Shown here one piece after another: positions 8,433 to 18,940 of a stretch of 64,000 nucleotides of DNA. The notes beneath the pieces were generated by a model, which made no database searches, was not told where the DNA came from, and saw only the letters and a list, made by a program, of their open reading frames with translations. The stretch comes from an uncultured bacterium. Its GTDB lineage: Bacteria; Patescibacteriota; Saccharimonadia; UBA4664; SCTI01. Each line of letters starts with the position of its first letter. Position 1 is the stretch's first letter. Where the stretch lies: NCBI GenBank assembly GCA_963721685.1, contig CAVRJJ010000001.1:212170-276169 (forward strand). The letters are read 5' to 3'. The position numbers and the translations under genes were made by a program.

Positions 8433-8924
8433 ATGGACACAAAGCTCACAAAGCAAGTAAAGCAGGCGCGGTTCGACCTTGAAAGCGCTTTACATAATTC
8501 GGGCTTATCAATCTCCCGGCAGGACTTAGACTTGAAATACACCCAATTCGTAAACACGCATCCGGGTATGCCCCGAGAAAATTTAATTGGCAAGAAAGAT
8601 AGCGATTGGCTACATACGGATGAAGCCGCCAAGTTAACTAAAATTAAACAGCGTGCCCTTGATGGCAAACAAGGTATTCGTGAGCTATTTAAAAGCACGC
8701 TTAGCGGGGGTGAAGCCGGCGATGTTTATTACAACGACATTCGGGTGGAGCCCATTTGGGAAAATGACAAGGTCGTGGGCATCTATACCGTAGCAATTGA
8801 TATTACTCAGTTCCAGAATGCCTTAATAAAGCTGGAAAAGCTTAACGGCACCCTGCTTGAACATATGGATGCGATGCTGGGACGTCAGCCCGACCAGCGA
8901 CAACCATATAAAAGTATTATTTGA
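8433..8924 (+). CDS. PAS-fold sensor-like protein
   Basis: The C-terminal 110 aa have a PAS-like pattern (…DVYYNDIRVEPIWENDKVVGIYTVAIDITQ). Confidence 0.35.
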   Translation: MDTKLTKQVKQARFDLESALHNSGLSISRQDLDLKYTQFVNTHPGMPRENLIGKKDSDWLHTDEAAKLTKIKQRALDGKQGIRELFKSTLSGGEAGDVYYNDIRVEPIWENDKVVGIYTVAIDITQFQNALIKLEKLNGTLLEHMDAMLGRQPDQRQPYKSII

Positions 8925-8940
8925 AGAAGATCAGTTTTTT

Positions 8941-9402
8941 ATGAATAGCTTACATTTCACCATTGACGCCCACGCGTCCAAGCAAAACGTTTGGAACGTC
9001 ATGCTCGACAATAGCACCTACCGGGAATGGACAGCCGCCTTTCACCCAGGATCGTACTTTGAAGGAAGTTGGGAGAAAGGGGATAAAATATTATTTTTAG
9101 TACCCGACAAAGACAATAATGTGAGCGGTATGGTCAGCAGGGTTATTGAAAACATTCTTTACAAGTATCTCTCCGTCGAACATGTAGGTGAGGTTATTAA
9201 AGGGAAGGAAATAACCACCAGCGTGCGAGCCAAAGCCTGGGCGGGTATCCGCGAAAACTACAGCTTTAGTGAGAATGATGGTGTGACCACCCTGCAGGTA
9301 GGTATTGATAATGACGGAAAAAATAAGGAAATGGTCGAGATATTCGAGCAAATGTGGCCCCAAGCCCTTGATAAGTTAAAGGAAATTGCCGAACGACCTT
9401 AG
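8941..9402 (+). CDS. SRPBCC (Bet v1/AHSA1-like) domain protein
   Basis: The TIDAHASKQNVWNVMLDNSTYREW..F segment is typical of the AHSA1/SRPBCC family. The start is placed at the internal ATG at 8941, because the 8857 start would overlap the upstream gene. Confidence 0.5.
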   Translation: MNSLHFTIDAHASKQNVWNVMLDNSTYREWTAAFHPGSYFEGSWEKGDKILFLVPDKDNNVSGMVSRVIENILYKYLSVEHVGEVIKGKEITTSVRAKAWAGIRENYSFSENDGVTTLQVGIDNDGKNKEMVEIFEQMWPQALDKLKEIAERP

Positions 9403-9483
9403 ATTGCCATGAACAAATGAGTACAGATTACATTTCAGCTTCTTATGCTTGCTATCAAACCTAGCAGGATAAACAATAGTCGT

Positions 9484-9954
9484 ATGCACAAATTTCTTCA
9501 TATTGGCGAAACCGCCCCAGGCTTTAACTTAATTGATCATAAGGGAAAGCTTTATTCGCTAGACCAGTCACTACGCAAGGGTCCGGTAGTATTGCAGTTT
9601 TATCCATTCGATCAATCACCAAACTGTAAAGAGCGGCTCTGTTTTATTAATCAGCTCCGCGATGAATATTGGTCGGAGGGAATAAGCGTTTTTGGTATTA
9701 ATAACGCCGCGCAAGAATCACACGCTAACTTTGCTGATAAAATTAACCTAACAATGCCCCTCCTTTCAGATCCCGACTTTCAGACGGCGCGATCATATCA
9801 AGCCCTCTTTGAAATTGGACCCATAAAAGTAATCCGCACCACCACGGTCGCTATTGGCACGAACGGCAAAATAATGTTCTATAAACGCGGAAACCTCCCG
9901 GCCAAAAAAGCTCTGATTGATTTTATTTCCCGACCCGACACACCTTCTATCTAA
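9484..9954 (+). CDS. peroxiredoxin, Bcp/AhpC-TSA family
   Basis: TAPGFNLIDHKGKLYSLDQSLRKGPVVLQFYPFDQSPNCKERLC has the thioredoxin-fold peroxiredoxin signature with a peroxidatic Cys. Confidence 0.7.
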   Translation: MHKFLHIGETAPGFNLIDHKGKLYSLDQSLRKGPVVLQFYPFDQSPNCKERLCFINQLRDEYWSEGISVFGINNAAQESHANFADKINLTMPLLSDPDFQTARSYQALFEIGPIKVIRTTTVAIGTNGKIMFYKRGNLPAKKALIDFISRPDTPSI

Positions 9955-11185
9955 CATGGCTGCGCTTAAAGTCATAAATCATTTTTTCATATACCAACAA
10001 TAGTTTTTTGATTTGGTGGGACTGCGCTACGCTATCACGCTTGGCTAGCATAGCCAGGCTCATATTGTGGATGCGGTCCGGACGGCCAATCAACTTCCTT
10101 ATTGACCTCGCAATAGCCGAGGCATCCGGACTTTTCGTTAAGATTCCGCCGCTTTTGGGAACCGTTTCGCTCAAGTCGGGGTCGCAGTAAATCACTGGGA
10201 GGCCGGTGGCGATAGCCTCTAGTAATACAATCCCCTGTGTATCAAAATCGAATGAAGTGTAAACCAATACATGGTGCTTTGCCATCTCCCGCAAAATAAC
10301 CCGCTGGCTCACCGCGCCATGAATTTTTACCACCTTAGCTAGCTGATTGGCTTGAATAAAAACTTGAAGCAACGCCAGCTGCGGTCCATCGCCATATATA
10401 TCAACCTTAATACCGGCTCCCACTTCCTTGATTGCTTTTAAAAATTCAATGGGGCGCTTTTCTGGAGAAACCCGACCGCACCACATAACGCGAAGCGGCA
10501 CATCCTCCCCGTAGTTGCGCGGTTCAACCTTGTCGAGATGTTTCCAGACGCTATCTTCAATCCCATTAGAAATAACAGTGAGCGGCTGGTTCATGCCAAA
10601 ATGCTGCAGTTTGTCGGCAAAATGCTGGGAGGGGACTATCACGTGGTCGGCAAAATTAGCGTGATTAACCATTAACCGCCACATATTGCGGGCGGTTAAA
10701 CTTTTAGTATGGGCACCATCGGTCCGGATGTGTTTTTTCTTATGCGGAATGTGGCCACTATGCAGTCCAACCAGCGCAGAGCTTACCAGCCCGGATAGGG
10801 GAAGCGCTTTTTTGGCAAATACATCCTCCCGGCCATGCATCGTCTGGGCCACCGGAAGATGCAGGGCTTTGGCCGCGAGCAGGCCGGCAACACCAGCTGT
10901 CATGTCGGTGTGGACGTGGACAATATCAACCTTATGGCGCTTAATTTCACGCGTCGCCGCTTCAATAACTTTCCGCGTTCTGCCGGGAAGAGCGTATTTT
11001 CCCAGTTTAAATAATTTAAAAACCGGAAGCGCGACAATTGTTTTATCGTCGTTCGGCTGGTGGCTGGGGCAAAACACCAAGACCTCATGACCAAGCGCCT
11101 CAAGCGCCATTTTTTGTGACCATATAGAAGACTGGACGCCCCCAACCGTTGGTAAGTAATAATCGGTGAATATTGCTATCTTCAT
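9947..11185 (-). CDS. glycosyltransferase family 4 (GT-B fold)
   Basis: N-terminus MKIAIFTDYYLPTVGGV plus a C-terminal E..(8)..E-like motif region typical of GT4. Confidence 0.8.
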   Translation of the reverse strand: MKIAIFTDYYLPTVGGVQSSIWSQKMALEALGHEVLVFCPSHQPNDDKTIVALPVFKLFKLGKYALPGRTRKVIEAATREIKRHKVDIVHVHTDMTAGVAGLLAAKALHLPVAQTMHGREDVFAKKALPLSGLVSSALVGLHSGHIPHKKKHIRTDGAHTKSLTARNMWRLMVNHANFADHVIVPSQHFADKLQHFGMNQPLTVISNGIEDSVWKHLDKVEPRNYGEDVPLRVMWCGRVSPEKRPIEFLKAIKEVGAGIKVDIYGDGPQLALLQVFIQANQLAKVVKIHGAVSQRVILREMAKHHVLVYTSFDFDTQGIVLLEAIATGLPVIYCDPDLSETVPKSGGILTKSPDASAIARSIRKLIGRPDRIHNMSLAMLAKRDSVAQSHQIKKLLLVYEKMIYDFKRSHVR

Positions 11186-11244
11186 AGTTCTTCCGTGTAT
11201 TCTATCAGCTTCACAGCGTTGTGCTAGTGCTAGAATAGAAGCCG

Positions 11245-12396
11245 ATGCACCACTACAAACACAACCATTACCACACCCTTCGGTTAAGCGAGCTCAAGCG
11301 GCTTAATTGGGCGCACACCATAAAATCGCTGTCATCAAGTATGACGCTTATTTTTGTACCTATTTACCTCTATAACCTGGATTACAGCCTTCAGGCAATC
11401 CTGTGGTACTTTTTACTCGCAAACATATTGTGGATTGTATTTTTATATCCTTTTATGAAATTATCCAATAAAATTGGCGCCCATAAAGCCATGGGAATCA
11501 GCCTTATATTTCAGGGGATAGAGGCCCTGCTGCTCGCGACCTTATCGGTTTTCAACTGGCCGCTTTGGCTGCTAGCCGTGTTTTTAGCGTTCGCCTGGAT
11601 ACTGTATTGGCCCAATTTTAGGGCCTGCTTTGCCAAAAGCCTGCTGCATAAAAGAGCCGGGTTGGCCGCGGGGCTATCGGCCGCGCTTACAACGCTGGCC
11701 TACGGCATCGCCCCAGCGATCGGAGGGGCGATAGCCAGTGGTTTTAGCATCATAATTTTGTACGTGGTATCAATCGGACTTTTTGCCTTAGCCGCCATAC
11801 CACTCTTCGGCTCTAAGGAAATTATCCAGAATGACCCGTTTGTTTTAAAGGCTTTGAACGTACGTAAAATTAAACGCGACTTACTAGCCAATATGGGTGA
11901 CAATATCGACGACAGCATCTTGAGTATTATTTGGCCGTTATTTATATTTTTAGTTGTTCCCAGCTATGTGGGGGTGGGCATTTTAAGCTCGGTTTCGGTA
12001 ATTGCCGGGATGCTTATTGCCTTGTACGTGGGTAAGCGTGAAGAACTAAAAGGGGCGCGCAAATACCTAAGACGCGGTACCCTGCTTACCAGTATTACCA
12101 ATGGTATTCGTTTGCTCGCTCAATCAGCCGGTCAAATTGCCGGTGTCAATTTTGTTAATGGTCTGGGGCACGCGCTCATGGCCACCCCGTATAACGCCCG
12201 TTATTACGAAAATGCCGGCAAAGAACCTTTGCTGCCGTATGTTTTTGCCATGATGACAGTTGCCGGAATAGCCAATCTTTTTTTGTTCTCGGTACTACTC
12301 GGCATAAGCCTGATTGCCCCTATTCAAACCGTCTTATTAGTTGGGCTCTTACTTGCAGTGCCAGCCGGTTACGCGGTGAGGCTAATTCGAAATTAA
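11245..12396 (+). CDS. polytopic membrane protein (MFS-like transporter)
   Basis: About 10-12 predicted TM helices. The start may lie at an internal Met. Confidence 0.4.
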   Translation: MHHYKHNHYHTLRLSELKRLNWAHTIKSLSSSMTLIFVPIYLYNLDYSLQAILWYFLLANILWIVFLYPFMKLSNKIGAHKAMGISLIFQGIEALLLATLSVFNWPLWLLAVFLAFAWILYWPNFRACFAKSLLHKRAGLAAGLSAALTTLAYGIAPAIGGAIASGFSIIILYVVSIGLFALAAIPLFGSKEIIQNDPFVLKALNVRKIKRDLLANMGDNIDDSILSIIWPLFIFLVVPSYVGVGILSSVSVIAGMLIALYVGKREELKGARKYLRRGTLLTSITNGIRLLAQSAGQIAGVNFVNGLGHALMATPYNARYYENAGKEPLLPYVFAMMTVAGIANLFLFSVLLGISLIAPIQTVLLVGLLLAVPAGYAVRLIRN

Positions 12397-12508
12397 CATC
12401 AACAAACTTTAAATTTTGACATTCGCAAAATAGTGACTTAGTAAAGCAAAAACTTATCCTTACATACAGGTAATGCTATGATTGCTGTATATGACGATTG
12501 GATAGTTT

Positions 12509-13270
12509 ATGGCCTCAGCAATAGTAGTTAACAGTTTAGTTAAGACTTACGGAAAAGGCGAAGCCCGTTTTACCGCTTTAAATGATATCAGCCTTGAAAT
12601 CCAAGAGGGTGAAAGTGTTGCCATTCTCGGCAAGAGCGGGTCTGGTAAGTCAACCTTAATGCACCTCATGGCACTACTGGACAAACCAACCAGCGGCCAA
12701 ATAGTCATAAAAGGCCAAGACTCATCAAAACTGTCCGGCCGAAAACTAAACCGTCTTCGCAATAAAGAGTTTGGCTTTGTGTTCCAGCAATTTTTCCTAA
12801 ATGCCAACGCCAGCGTACTAGATAACGTCTTACTGCCACTAAAGATTGCCGGCATGAGCCGCCGTGAGCGTAAACAAAGGGGCTTAGAAACCCTGCGCAA
12901 TGTTGAGCTGGAAGATAAGGCCAAAAGCAAAGCCAACAATTTAAGCGGCGGGCAGAAGCAACGGGTAGTTATTGCGCGGGCTTTAGTGAACGATCCGGCC
13001 ATCCTCTTTGCCGATGAACCCACCGGCAACCTTGATAGTGTTACCGGGAAAAACGTGGAAGATCTCTTGTTTGCCTTAAACAAGAATCAAAATATCACGT
13101 TAATTATTGTTACCCATGACGAAGACCTCGCCGCCCGCTGTGACCGGCAAATCCGCATTCGTGACGGCATAGTTCAGTCCGCTTCTTTACCGAAGCCACC
13201 GGTCCAACCCGAACAGCGGGTGAGAACACTACGACCAGCCATAAAGCGCCCCCGAAAGGTTCAGTTATGA
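12509..13270 (+). CDS. ABC transporter ATP-binding protein (LolD/MacB-type)
   Basis: Walker A GKSGSGKST, signature LSGGQKQRV, Walker B ILFADEPT. Confidence 0.9.
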   Translation: MASAIVVNSLVKTYGKGEARFTALNDISLEIQEGESVAILGKSGSGKSTLMHLMALLDKPTSGQIVIKGQDSSKLSGRKLNRLRNKEFGFVFQQFFLNANASVLDNVLLPLKIAGMSRRERKQRGLETLRNVELEDKAKSKANNLSGGQKQRVVIARALVNDPAILFADEPTGNLDSVTGKNVEDLLFALNKNQNITLIIVTHDEDLAARCDRQIRIRDGIVQSASLPKPPVQPEQRVRTLRPAIKRPRKVQL

Positions 13271-14559
13271 AAACTCTCGATCTACTTACCACCGCCAGTG
13301 GCAACATTTGGCGCAGCAAGCTACGAACCTTTCTAACGGTTACCGCCGTCTTCATTGGCGCCTTCACCCTAACCCTTACCACCGGTATTGGCTCGGGAAT
13401 TTCCAGCTATATTGAAAAAGAGGTTAACAATCTTGGCGCTAAAGACGTGCTTATTGTCCAGCCAAAAGGTAGTGATGAAATTCCAGGCAGCACTAAACCA
13501 AAGAAATACGACCCTAATACCAAGGTTGTGGCCGTGAGTGACTTCAGGGGCTCCAGCGCGGTAATTACGGACGCGGACTTAGGGAAAATTGAAAAAATTA
13601 AAGGTATAGAATCGGTTGAACCTGCCAAAAGCGTCGCGCCCGATTACATTGCCGGAGAAAATAACCAAAAGTATCAGGTAAGGATTTCACAGTTTATTCC
13701 CGGCTCAAACTTAACCCTAACCGCGGGTAAGCAAGTTATCTCCGGGACTACTGTTAACCAGGTAATTTTGCCGGGTAGCTATGTTTCAACCCTTGGTTAT
13801 AAAAAAGCTGCAGACGCGATTGGTAAAACCGTTACACTTGGCATTAGTTCGGCTTCCGGCAAGCAGAGAACCACCCAAGCAACTGTTATTGGCGTACAAC
13901 AAAGCGGCCTAGCGGCAGATGGCGGTGTGACTGCCAACCGAACCCTACTAGACCAGCTTTACAAGTTCCAATCCGAAGGCCTACCGCAAGCTTCAACCAA
14001 CCAGTACCAGCTTGTGTTTGCCAAGTTTGATAGCAACTATACCACTCAACAAAAAGCTGAATTAAAGAAGAAGCTTTCGAACGCGGGTTATACCGGCCAA
14101 ACAGTGCAAGACCAAATTGGCACCTTTACCGCTGTCATTGATGGGATTATTTTAGTCCTTAACGCCTTCGCCGTTATTGCTTTGCTGGCTGCCAGCTTTG
14201 GGATCATTAATACCCTTTTGATGTCGGTTCAGGAAAGAACCAAAGAAATTGGGTTGATGAAAGCTATGGGCATGGGCGGGGGACGCATATTCAGCCTGTT
14301 TAGTTTTGAAGCAATCTCATTGGGCTTTTGGGGCAGCGTCATTGGCGTCGCGGTTGCCGCTGGTGTGGGCCAGATTGCGAATAAAATTGTTTCCGAAGGC
14401 TTCTTAAAAGAACTGGTTGGCCTGCAGATCTTTGCCTTTACGCCGCAGAACATTGCCGGGATCATCGCACTGGTTGTAGGTATCGCCTTCTTAGCGGGCA
14501 CGCTTCCAGCTTCTAAGGCGGCCCGGAAAAATCCCATCGACTCATTACGTTACGAATAA
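13267..14559 (+). CDS. ABC transporter permease, FtsX/MacB-like
   Basis: N-terminal TM helix, a large periplasmic domain and a C-terminal FtsX-type 3-TM bundle. Overlaps the ATPase gene by 4 nt. Confidence 0.85.
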   Translation: MKTLDLLTTASGNIWRSKLRTFLTVTAVFIGAFTLTLTTGIGSGISSYIEKEVNNLGAKDVLIVQPKGSDEIPGSTKPKKYDPNTKVVAVSDFRGSSAVITDADLGKIEKIKGIESVEPAKSVAPDYIAGENNQKYQVRISQFIPGSNLTLTAGKQVISGTTVNQVILPGSYVSTLGYKKAADAIGKTVTLGISSASGKQRTTQATVIGVQQSGLAADGGVTANRTLLDQLYKFQSEGLPQASTNQYQLVFAKFDSNYTTQQKAELKKKLSNAGYTGQTVQDQIGTFTAVIDGIILVLNAFAVIALLAASFGIINTLLMSVQERTKEIGLMKAMGMGGGRIFSLFSFEAISLGFWGSVIGVAVAAGVGQIANKIVSEGFLKELVGLQIFAFTPQNIAGIIALVVGIAFLAGTLPASKAARKNPIDSLRYE

Positions 14560-14574
14560 GAAGTTAAGTATTAC

Positions 14575-14946
14575 TTAGGTTTTATTGAGCTTCATATTGG
14601 TAGTAGACGGCGGGGCTATAAATTTTTCCACTACACAATAGTGCTTCGTTCGTTCAAGGACGGTTTCAACTTCCTTTACTTCATGTCCACATTTAACAAT
14701 AAAATGTTTCGCGTTCTTGTGGACTCGGTCGTAATCCTTGGTATTTATTACAATTTTGTCGCTGCAGTCTTCATTCGAGCATTCACAGTAAAGTTCAGTC
14801 GTAAATTCATTTATGCCCGACTGAGCAATCAGTTTTTTAATGCCAGCTTTAATTCGTTGATTCTTTTTTTTGAAAATAAGCTCATTTTCGACAAGGCGAC
14901 GCTTTGATGTTGAATCCATAGTTACATAATACGCCAAATAGCACAT
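14575..14946 (-). CDS. small Cys-rich hypothetical protein in a low-GC (about 35%) island
   Basis: Contains CECSNEDC...KCGHEV...C, a possible zinc-ribbon. The likely start is an internal Met (MDSTSKRR). Confidence 0.3.
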   Translation of the reverse strand: MCYLAYYVTMDSTSKRRLVENELIFKKKNQRIKAGIKKLIAQSGINEFTTELYCECSNEDCSDKIVINTKDYDRVHKNAKHFIVKCGHEVKEVETVLERTKHYCVVEKFIAPPSTTNMKLNKT

Positions 14947-14985
14947 AAATCGTACCCAAAAAAACTGTTATAGTAGAAGCATAAG

Positions 14986-15894
14986 ATGAATAAATTTTTT
15001 AAGGTTTTAGTGGGATCGATACTAGGGTGCGGTTTAATAGGATTGATTGCCTATTTGCTGCAAACCGGGTCGATTGCCGTGCTTGATCCCCGAGGGCTTA
15101 TAGCGTCCGAGCAGTATCAATTAATGCTACTAACCACGCTGTTGATGCTGGTTATTGTGGTACCGGTTTTTGTAATGACTTTTGTTATTGCCTGGAAATA
15201 CCGCGCCAGCAACACCACTGCAACTTATTCACCAGACTGGGACCACAGCCGGCTGGCGGAAACGCTATGGTGGGCGATACCGTGTGTGATTATTGGGATA
15301 TTAGCAATTATCATCTGGAAGAGCAGTCATGACCTTGATCCGTTTAAGCCGCTTGTGTCAGACAAAAATCAACCCATTACCATTCAGGTGGTAGCCCTTC
15401 AATGGAAATGGTTGTTTATCTACCCGGAGCAGCAAATCGCCAGCGTAAATGAAGTCCGGTTTCCCGCGGATACTCCGGTCAACTTCAACATCACGGCAGA
15501 CGCCCCCATGAATTCCTTTTGGATTCCGCAGCTTGGAGGGCAAGTCTACGCGATGGCCGGGATGGAAACCCAATTGCACCTCATAGCCGACAACCCCGGC
15601 ACCTTTGCCGGATCATCAGCTAATTTAAGCGGAGCTGGCTTTGCTGATATGCGATTTGAAGCCAAGGCCACCTCACAAACGGATTTTGACCGGTGGGTAA
15701 AAGCAGTCAAAGAAAACGATCCAAATAAGTTTTTAAATAAACAAGCGTACGCAAAACTGGCAAAACCGGGCAAAGCAGAAATTCCAACTTCTTACGCCTC
15801 GGTAGCGGACGACATATACCGTAGCGCTATTATGAAGTATATGGCTCCCCAGACAGAAACTAACCCGCACCAAATGCATCCGGAGTCGCTATGA
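14986..15894 (+). CDS. cyoA: cytochrome o ubiquinol oxidase subunit II
   Basis: Lipobox-like ILGC, two TM helices and a cupredoxin fold (...[17 protein letters not shown]) that lacks CuA ligands, as in quinol oxidases. Confidence 0.85.
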   Translation: MNKFFKVLVGSILGCGLIGLIAYLLQTGSIAVLDPRGLIASEQYQLMLLTTLLMLVIVVPVFVMTFVIAWKYRASNTTATYSPDWDHSRLAETLWWAIPCVIIGILAIIIWKSSHDLDPFKPLVSDKNQPITIQVVALQWKWLFIYPEQQIASVNEVRFPADTPVNFNITADAPMNSFWIPQLGGQVYAMAGMETQLHLIADNPGTFAGSSANLSGAGFADMRFEAKATSQTDFDRWVKAVKENDPNKFLNKQAYAKLAKPGKAEIPTSYASVADDIYRSAIMKYMAPQTETNPHQMHPESL

Positions 15895-17867
15895 GCCCAC
15901 TAGGACGGCTTGGCATAGATGATGTTATTCATGGGCCCATCGCGACGTTTGGTCAATTAAGCGTGATCCTGGGGGCCTTAACAGCCATTGGTCTGCTGTT
16001 TTATTTCAAACGATGGAAGTGGCTGTGGAAAGAATGGCTTACTTCCCTTGACCCGAAAAAGATTGGCGTCATGTACATCATAATCGCTTTCTTAATGTTG
16101 TTGCGCGGGGTTATGGACGCGGTTATGATGCGGGCACAACAAGCCTTATCGGTAGGGGACGCGAACGGCATTTTATCGTCAGACCATTTCCAGCAAGTGT
16201 TTTCCGCCCATGGCACGATAATGATTTTCTTTGTGGCGATGGGCTTAATGTTCGGGTTAATCAACCTGGTTGTCCCGCTGCAAATTGGCGCCCGCGATGT
16301 GGCCTTTCCGTTTTTAAACTCAGTGAGCTTCTGGCTGTTCGCCGCGGGCATGGCAATGGTAAATGTTTCATTAATAGTAGGGGAGTTTGCCGCGGCCGGA
16401 TGGTTGGCCTATCCGCCCCTGTCGGGGCTGGAATATAGCCCCGGGGTAGGGGTTGATTATTGGATATGGAGCTTGCAAATCGCGGGTGTGGGAAGCTTAC
16501 TGGCAGGCATTAATTTCCTGGTAACCATTATAAAAATGCGGGCACCTGGTATGACACTAATGAAAATGCCCTTGTTTACCTGGAGCGTGCTCTGCAGCAT
16601 GCTGCTTGTTGTGTTTGCCTTTCCTATTCTTACCGCCACGCTGGGCATGCTATCGCTCGACCGGCTAATGGGGATGCATTTTTTTACCTCCGACTTTGGG
16701 GGCAACCCCATGATGTACATTAACTTGATTTGGGCTTGGGGGCATCCGGAGGTTTATATCCTGATTCTGCCGGCGTTTGGAGTCTTCTCCGAGGTGGTCG
16801 CGACGTTTTCCAGCAAACGCTTATTCGGGTATGTGTCGATGGTGTGGGCGCTCGGGGCAATTACGGTGTTATCATTCCTTGTTTGGCTGCACCATTTTTT
16901 CACTATGGGAGCCGGAGCCAACGTCAACGCCTTTTTCGGAATCATGACAGCGGTGATTGCTGTTCCCACTGGCGTAAAGGTCTTCAACTGGCTATTTACG
17001 ATGTACCGCGGGCGCATTCGCTTTACCACTCCAATGTTGTGGTTTTTTGGATTTGTAGTGACTTTTACGATAGGCGGTATGGCCGGGGTATTAATGTCGG
17101 TACCAGCCATCGATTTCCAGGTACATAACAGCCTATTTCTGGTGGCCCACTTCCACACCATGGTAATTGGCGGGGTAGTCTTTGGTTTCTTTGCCGGTAT
17201 TACCTACTGGTTTCCCAAAATTTTTGGGTTCAAGCTCCATGAAAAGTTAGGAGTCTACGCATTCTGGTGCTGGATCATTGGTTTTTCAGCGGCCTTTATT
17301 CCACTTTATATCTTGGGCTTAATGGGGGCCACCAGGCGCCTCGACCACTATGACGCTTCATTAGGATGGCAGGGGCTTTTCATCGTTGCCGGAATTGGCG
17401 TAGCCATCATTTTGCTGGGCATTGGATTCCAAATTCTGCAAATGATTGTCAGTGTCTTGCAACGAAAGAAGAACCGCGACATTACCGGCGATCCTTGGGA
17501 TGGCCGAACCCTGGAGTGGGCAACCGCTTCGCCGGCACCGGTCTATAATTTCGCGGTTACTCCCGAGGTCCGTGATCGGGATCCGTTTTGGGTTTTGAAA
17601 CAATCCTCTGCAAATAAGACTATGCCAACCTACACCGATATAGTCCTCCCCAAAAACACGCCGATGGGACTGTATATCGCGGGGGCGGCGTTTATCATTG
17701 GGTTTGGGCTCATTTGGCATATTTGGTGGCTGGCAGCGGTGGGGTTGATTGGCATGCTTGCCTGTATTGTCTGGCGCTTAGCGGATGAAGCAACCGAATA
17801 TACTATTTCCGCTGCCACCATCGCGCAGCAAGAAGCACACCACGCCAAAAGGAAGGCCGCTCAATGA
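15891..17867 (+). CDS. cyoB: cytochrome o ubiquinol oxidase subunit I (heme-copper oxidase)
   Basis: 658 aa with conserved His ligands ([14 protein letters not shown]) and a GHPEVYIL motif. Confidence 0.95.
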   Translation: MSPLGRLGIDDVIHGPIATFGQLSVILGALTAIGLLFYFKRWKWLWKEWLTSLDPKKIGVMYIIIAFLMLLRGVMDAVMMRAQQALSVGDANGILSSDHFQQVFSAHGTIMIFFVAMGLMFGLINLVVPLQIGARDVAFPFLNSVSFWLFAAGMAMVNVSLIVGEFAAAGWLAYPPLSGLEYSPGVGVDYWIWSLQIAGVGSLLAGINFLVTIIKMRAPGMTLMKMPLFTWSVLCSMLLVVFAFPILTATLGMLSLDRLMGMHFFTSDFGGNPMMYINLIWAWGHPEVYILILPAFGVFSEVVATFSSKRLFGYVSMVWALGAITVLSFLVWLHHFFTMGAGANVNAFFGIMTAVIAVPTGVKVFNWLFTMYRGRIRFTTPMLWFFGFVVTFTIGGMAGVLMSVPAIDFQVHNSLFLVAHFHTMVIGGVVFGFFAGITYWFPKIFGFKLHEKLGVYAFWCWIIGFSAAFIPLYILGLMGATRRLDHYDASLGWQGLFIVAGIGVAIILLGIGFQILQMIVSVLQRKKNRDITGDPWDGRTLEWATASPAPVYNFAVTPEVRDRDPFWVLKQSSANKTMPTYTDIVLPKNTPMGLYIAGAAFIIGFGLIWHIWWLAAVGLIGMLACIVWRLADEATEYTISAATIAQQEAHHAKRKAAQ

Positions 17868-18442
17868 CAAAAATCACCGCTCACGTTGAAGAATCAAAAA
17901 CTGTGCTAGGGTTTTGGGTTTACCTGATGACCGACTGTATCCTGTTCGCCAGCCTATTTGCTACCTACGCGGTTTTGCAAAACAACACCTTTGGCGGTCC
18001 GTCAGGTCAGGAATTGTTTAGCTTGCCTTTCGTGTTACTTGAAACGCTTATTTTACTTACCAGCAGCTTTACCTGCGGACTTGGATTACTGGCATCCCAT
18101 CGGGGCAAAAAAAACCAGGTAATGGCATGGTTTGGCGTAACCTTTTTGCTGGGGCTTGCATTTTTAGCTCTAGAACTTAGCGAGTTTAGCCACCTGGTAG
18201 CCGAAGGCAACAGCTGGCAACGCAGCGGCTTTTTATCGGCCTTTTTCACGTTGGTCGGAACACACGGACTTCACATTGCCACCGGCCTTATGTGGATTGT
18301 GGTTATGATGATTAGAGTGTGGCGTGGCGGTTTAACAACGGTGAATCTGCGCCGCTTAACCGTTTTAAGTTTGTTTTGGCACTTCCTCGATATCGTTTGG
18401 ATCTTTATTTTTACCTTTGTTTACTTGATGGGGGCGTTGTAA
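17864..18442 (+). CDS. cyoC: cytochrome o ubiquinol oxidase subunit III
   Basis: 5-TM subunit III pattern, overlapping cyoB by 4 nt. Confidence 0.85.
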   Translation: MTKITAHVEESKTVLGFWVYLMTDCILFASLFATYAVLQNNTFGGPSGQELFSLPFVLLETLILLTSSFTCGLGLLASHRGKKNQVMAWFGVTFLLGLAFLALELSEFSHLVAEGNSWQRSGFLSAFFTLVGTHGLHIATGLMWIVVMMIRVWRGGLTTVNLRRLTVLSLFWHFLDIVWIFIFTFVYLMGAL

Positions 18443-18443
18443 G

Positions 18444-18818
18444 GTGGGCCACAAATCCTCAGCCCCGGGGAGTGGGCAGGGGTCAATAACTTCATACATG
18501 GTTGGGTTTTTCTTATCCCTCATCTTAACCTATGAAGCTTACCTTTTAGTCACTTACCACATCCTCAGCGACCGACTGCTGCTCGCGGCCGTGGTGGTAG
18601 CAGCGGTCATGCAGCTCGTGGTCCAACTAGTCTTTTTTCTTCATCTCGGTAGTGAGTCCAAACCTCGCTGGAACCTGATAGTATTTTTGTTTACCCTAAT
18701 GGTTCTGGTGATTTTAGTCTTTGGTTCACTCTGGATCATGCACAACCTAGACTACCACATGATGTCCCCGGTAGAAACGGATACGTATATTCAGCATGAA
18801 GAAGGGATTAAGAGATAG
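18444..18818 (+). CDS. cyoD: cytochrome o ubiquinol oxidase subunit IV
   Basis: 124 aa with 3 TM helices, positioned between cyoC and cyoE. Confidence 0.6.
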   Translation: MGHKSSAPGSGQGSITSYMVGFFLSLILTYEAYLLVTYHILSDRLLLAAVVVAAVMQLVVQLVFFLHLGSESKPRWNLIVFLFTLMVLVILVFGSLWIMHNLDYHMMSPVETDTYIQHEEGIKR

Positions 18819-18940
18819 CACGGTTAGCGCGTTACTACTGGCTGGTAAAGCCGGGGATTGTATACGGAAACAGCATAACCGCCAGTGCCGGCTACTTCTT
18901 AGCGGCGCAGGGGCGTCCTTCTCTCACGGTTTTTATTGCC

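Noticed and set aside
8857-8940. Longer N-terminal extension of the SRPBCC gene starting at 8857
   Set aside because: It would overlap the 3' end of the PAS-like gene by about 70 nt. The domain begins at the internal Met at 8941.
16730-17161. Overlapping ORFs 16730..17128 (+) and 16754..17161 (-) inside cyoB
   Set aside because: They lie fully inside the well-supported cyoB reading frame, and their translations are low-complexity.
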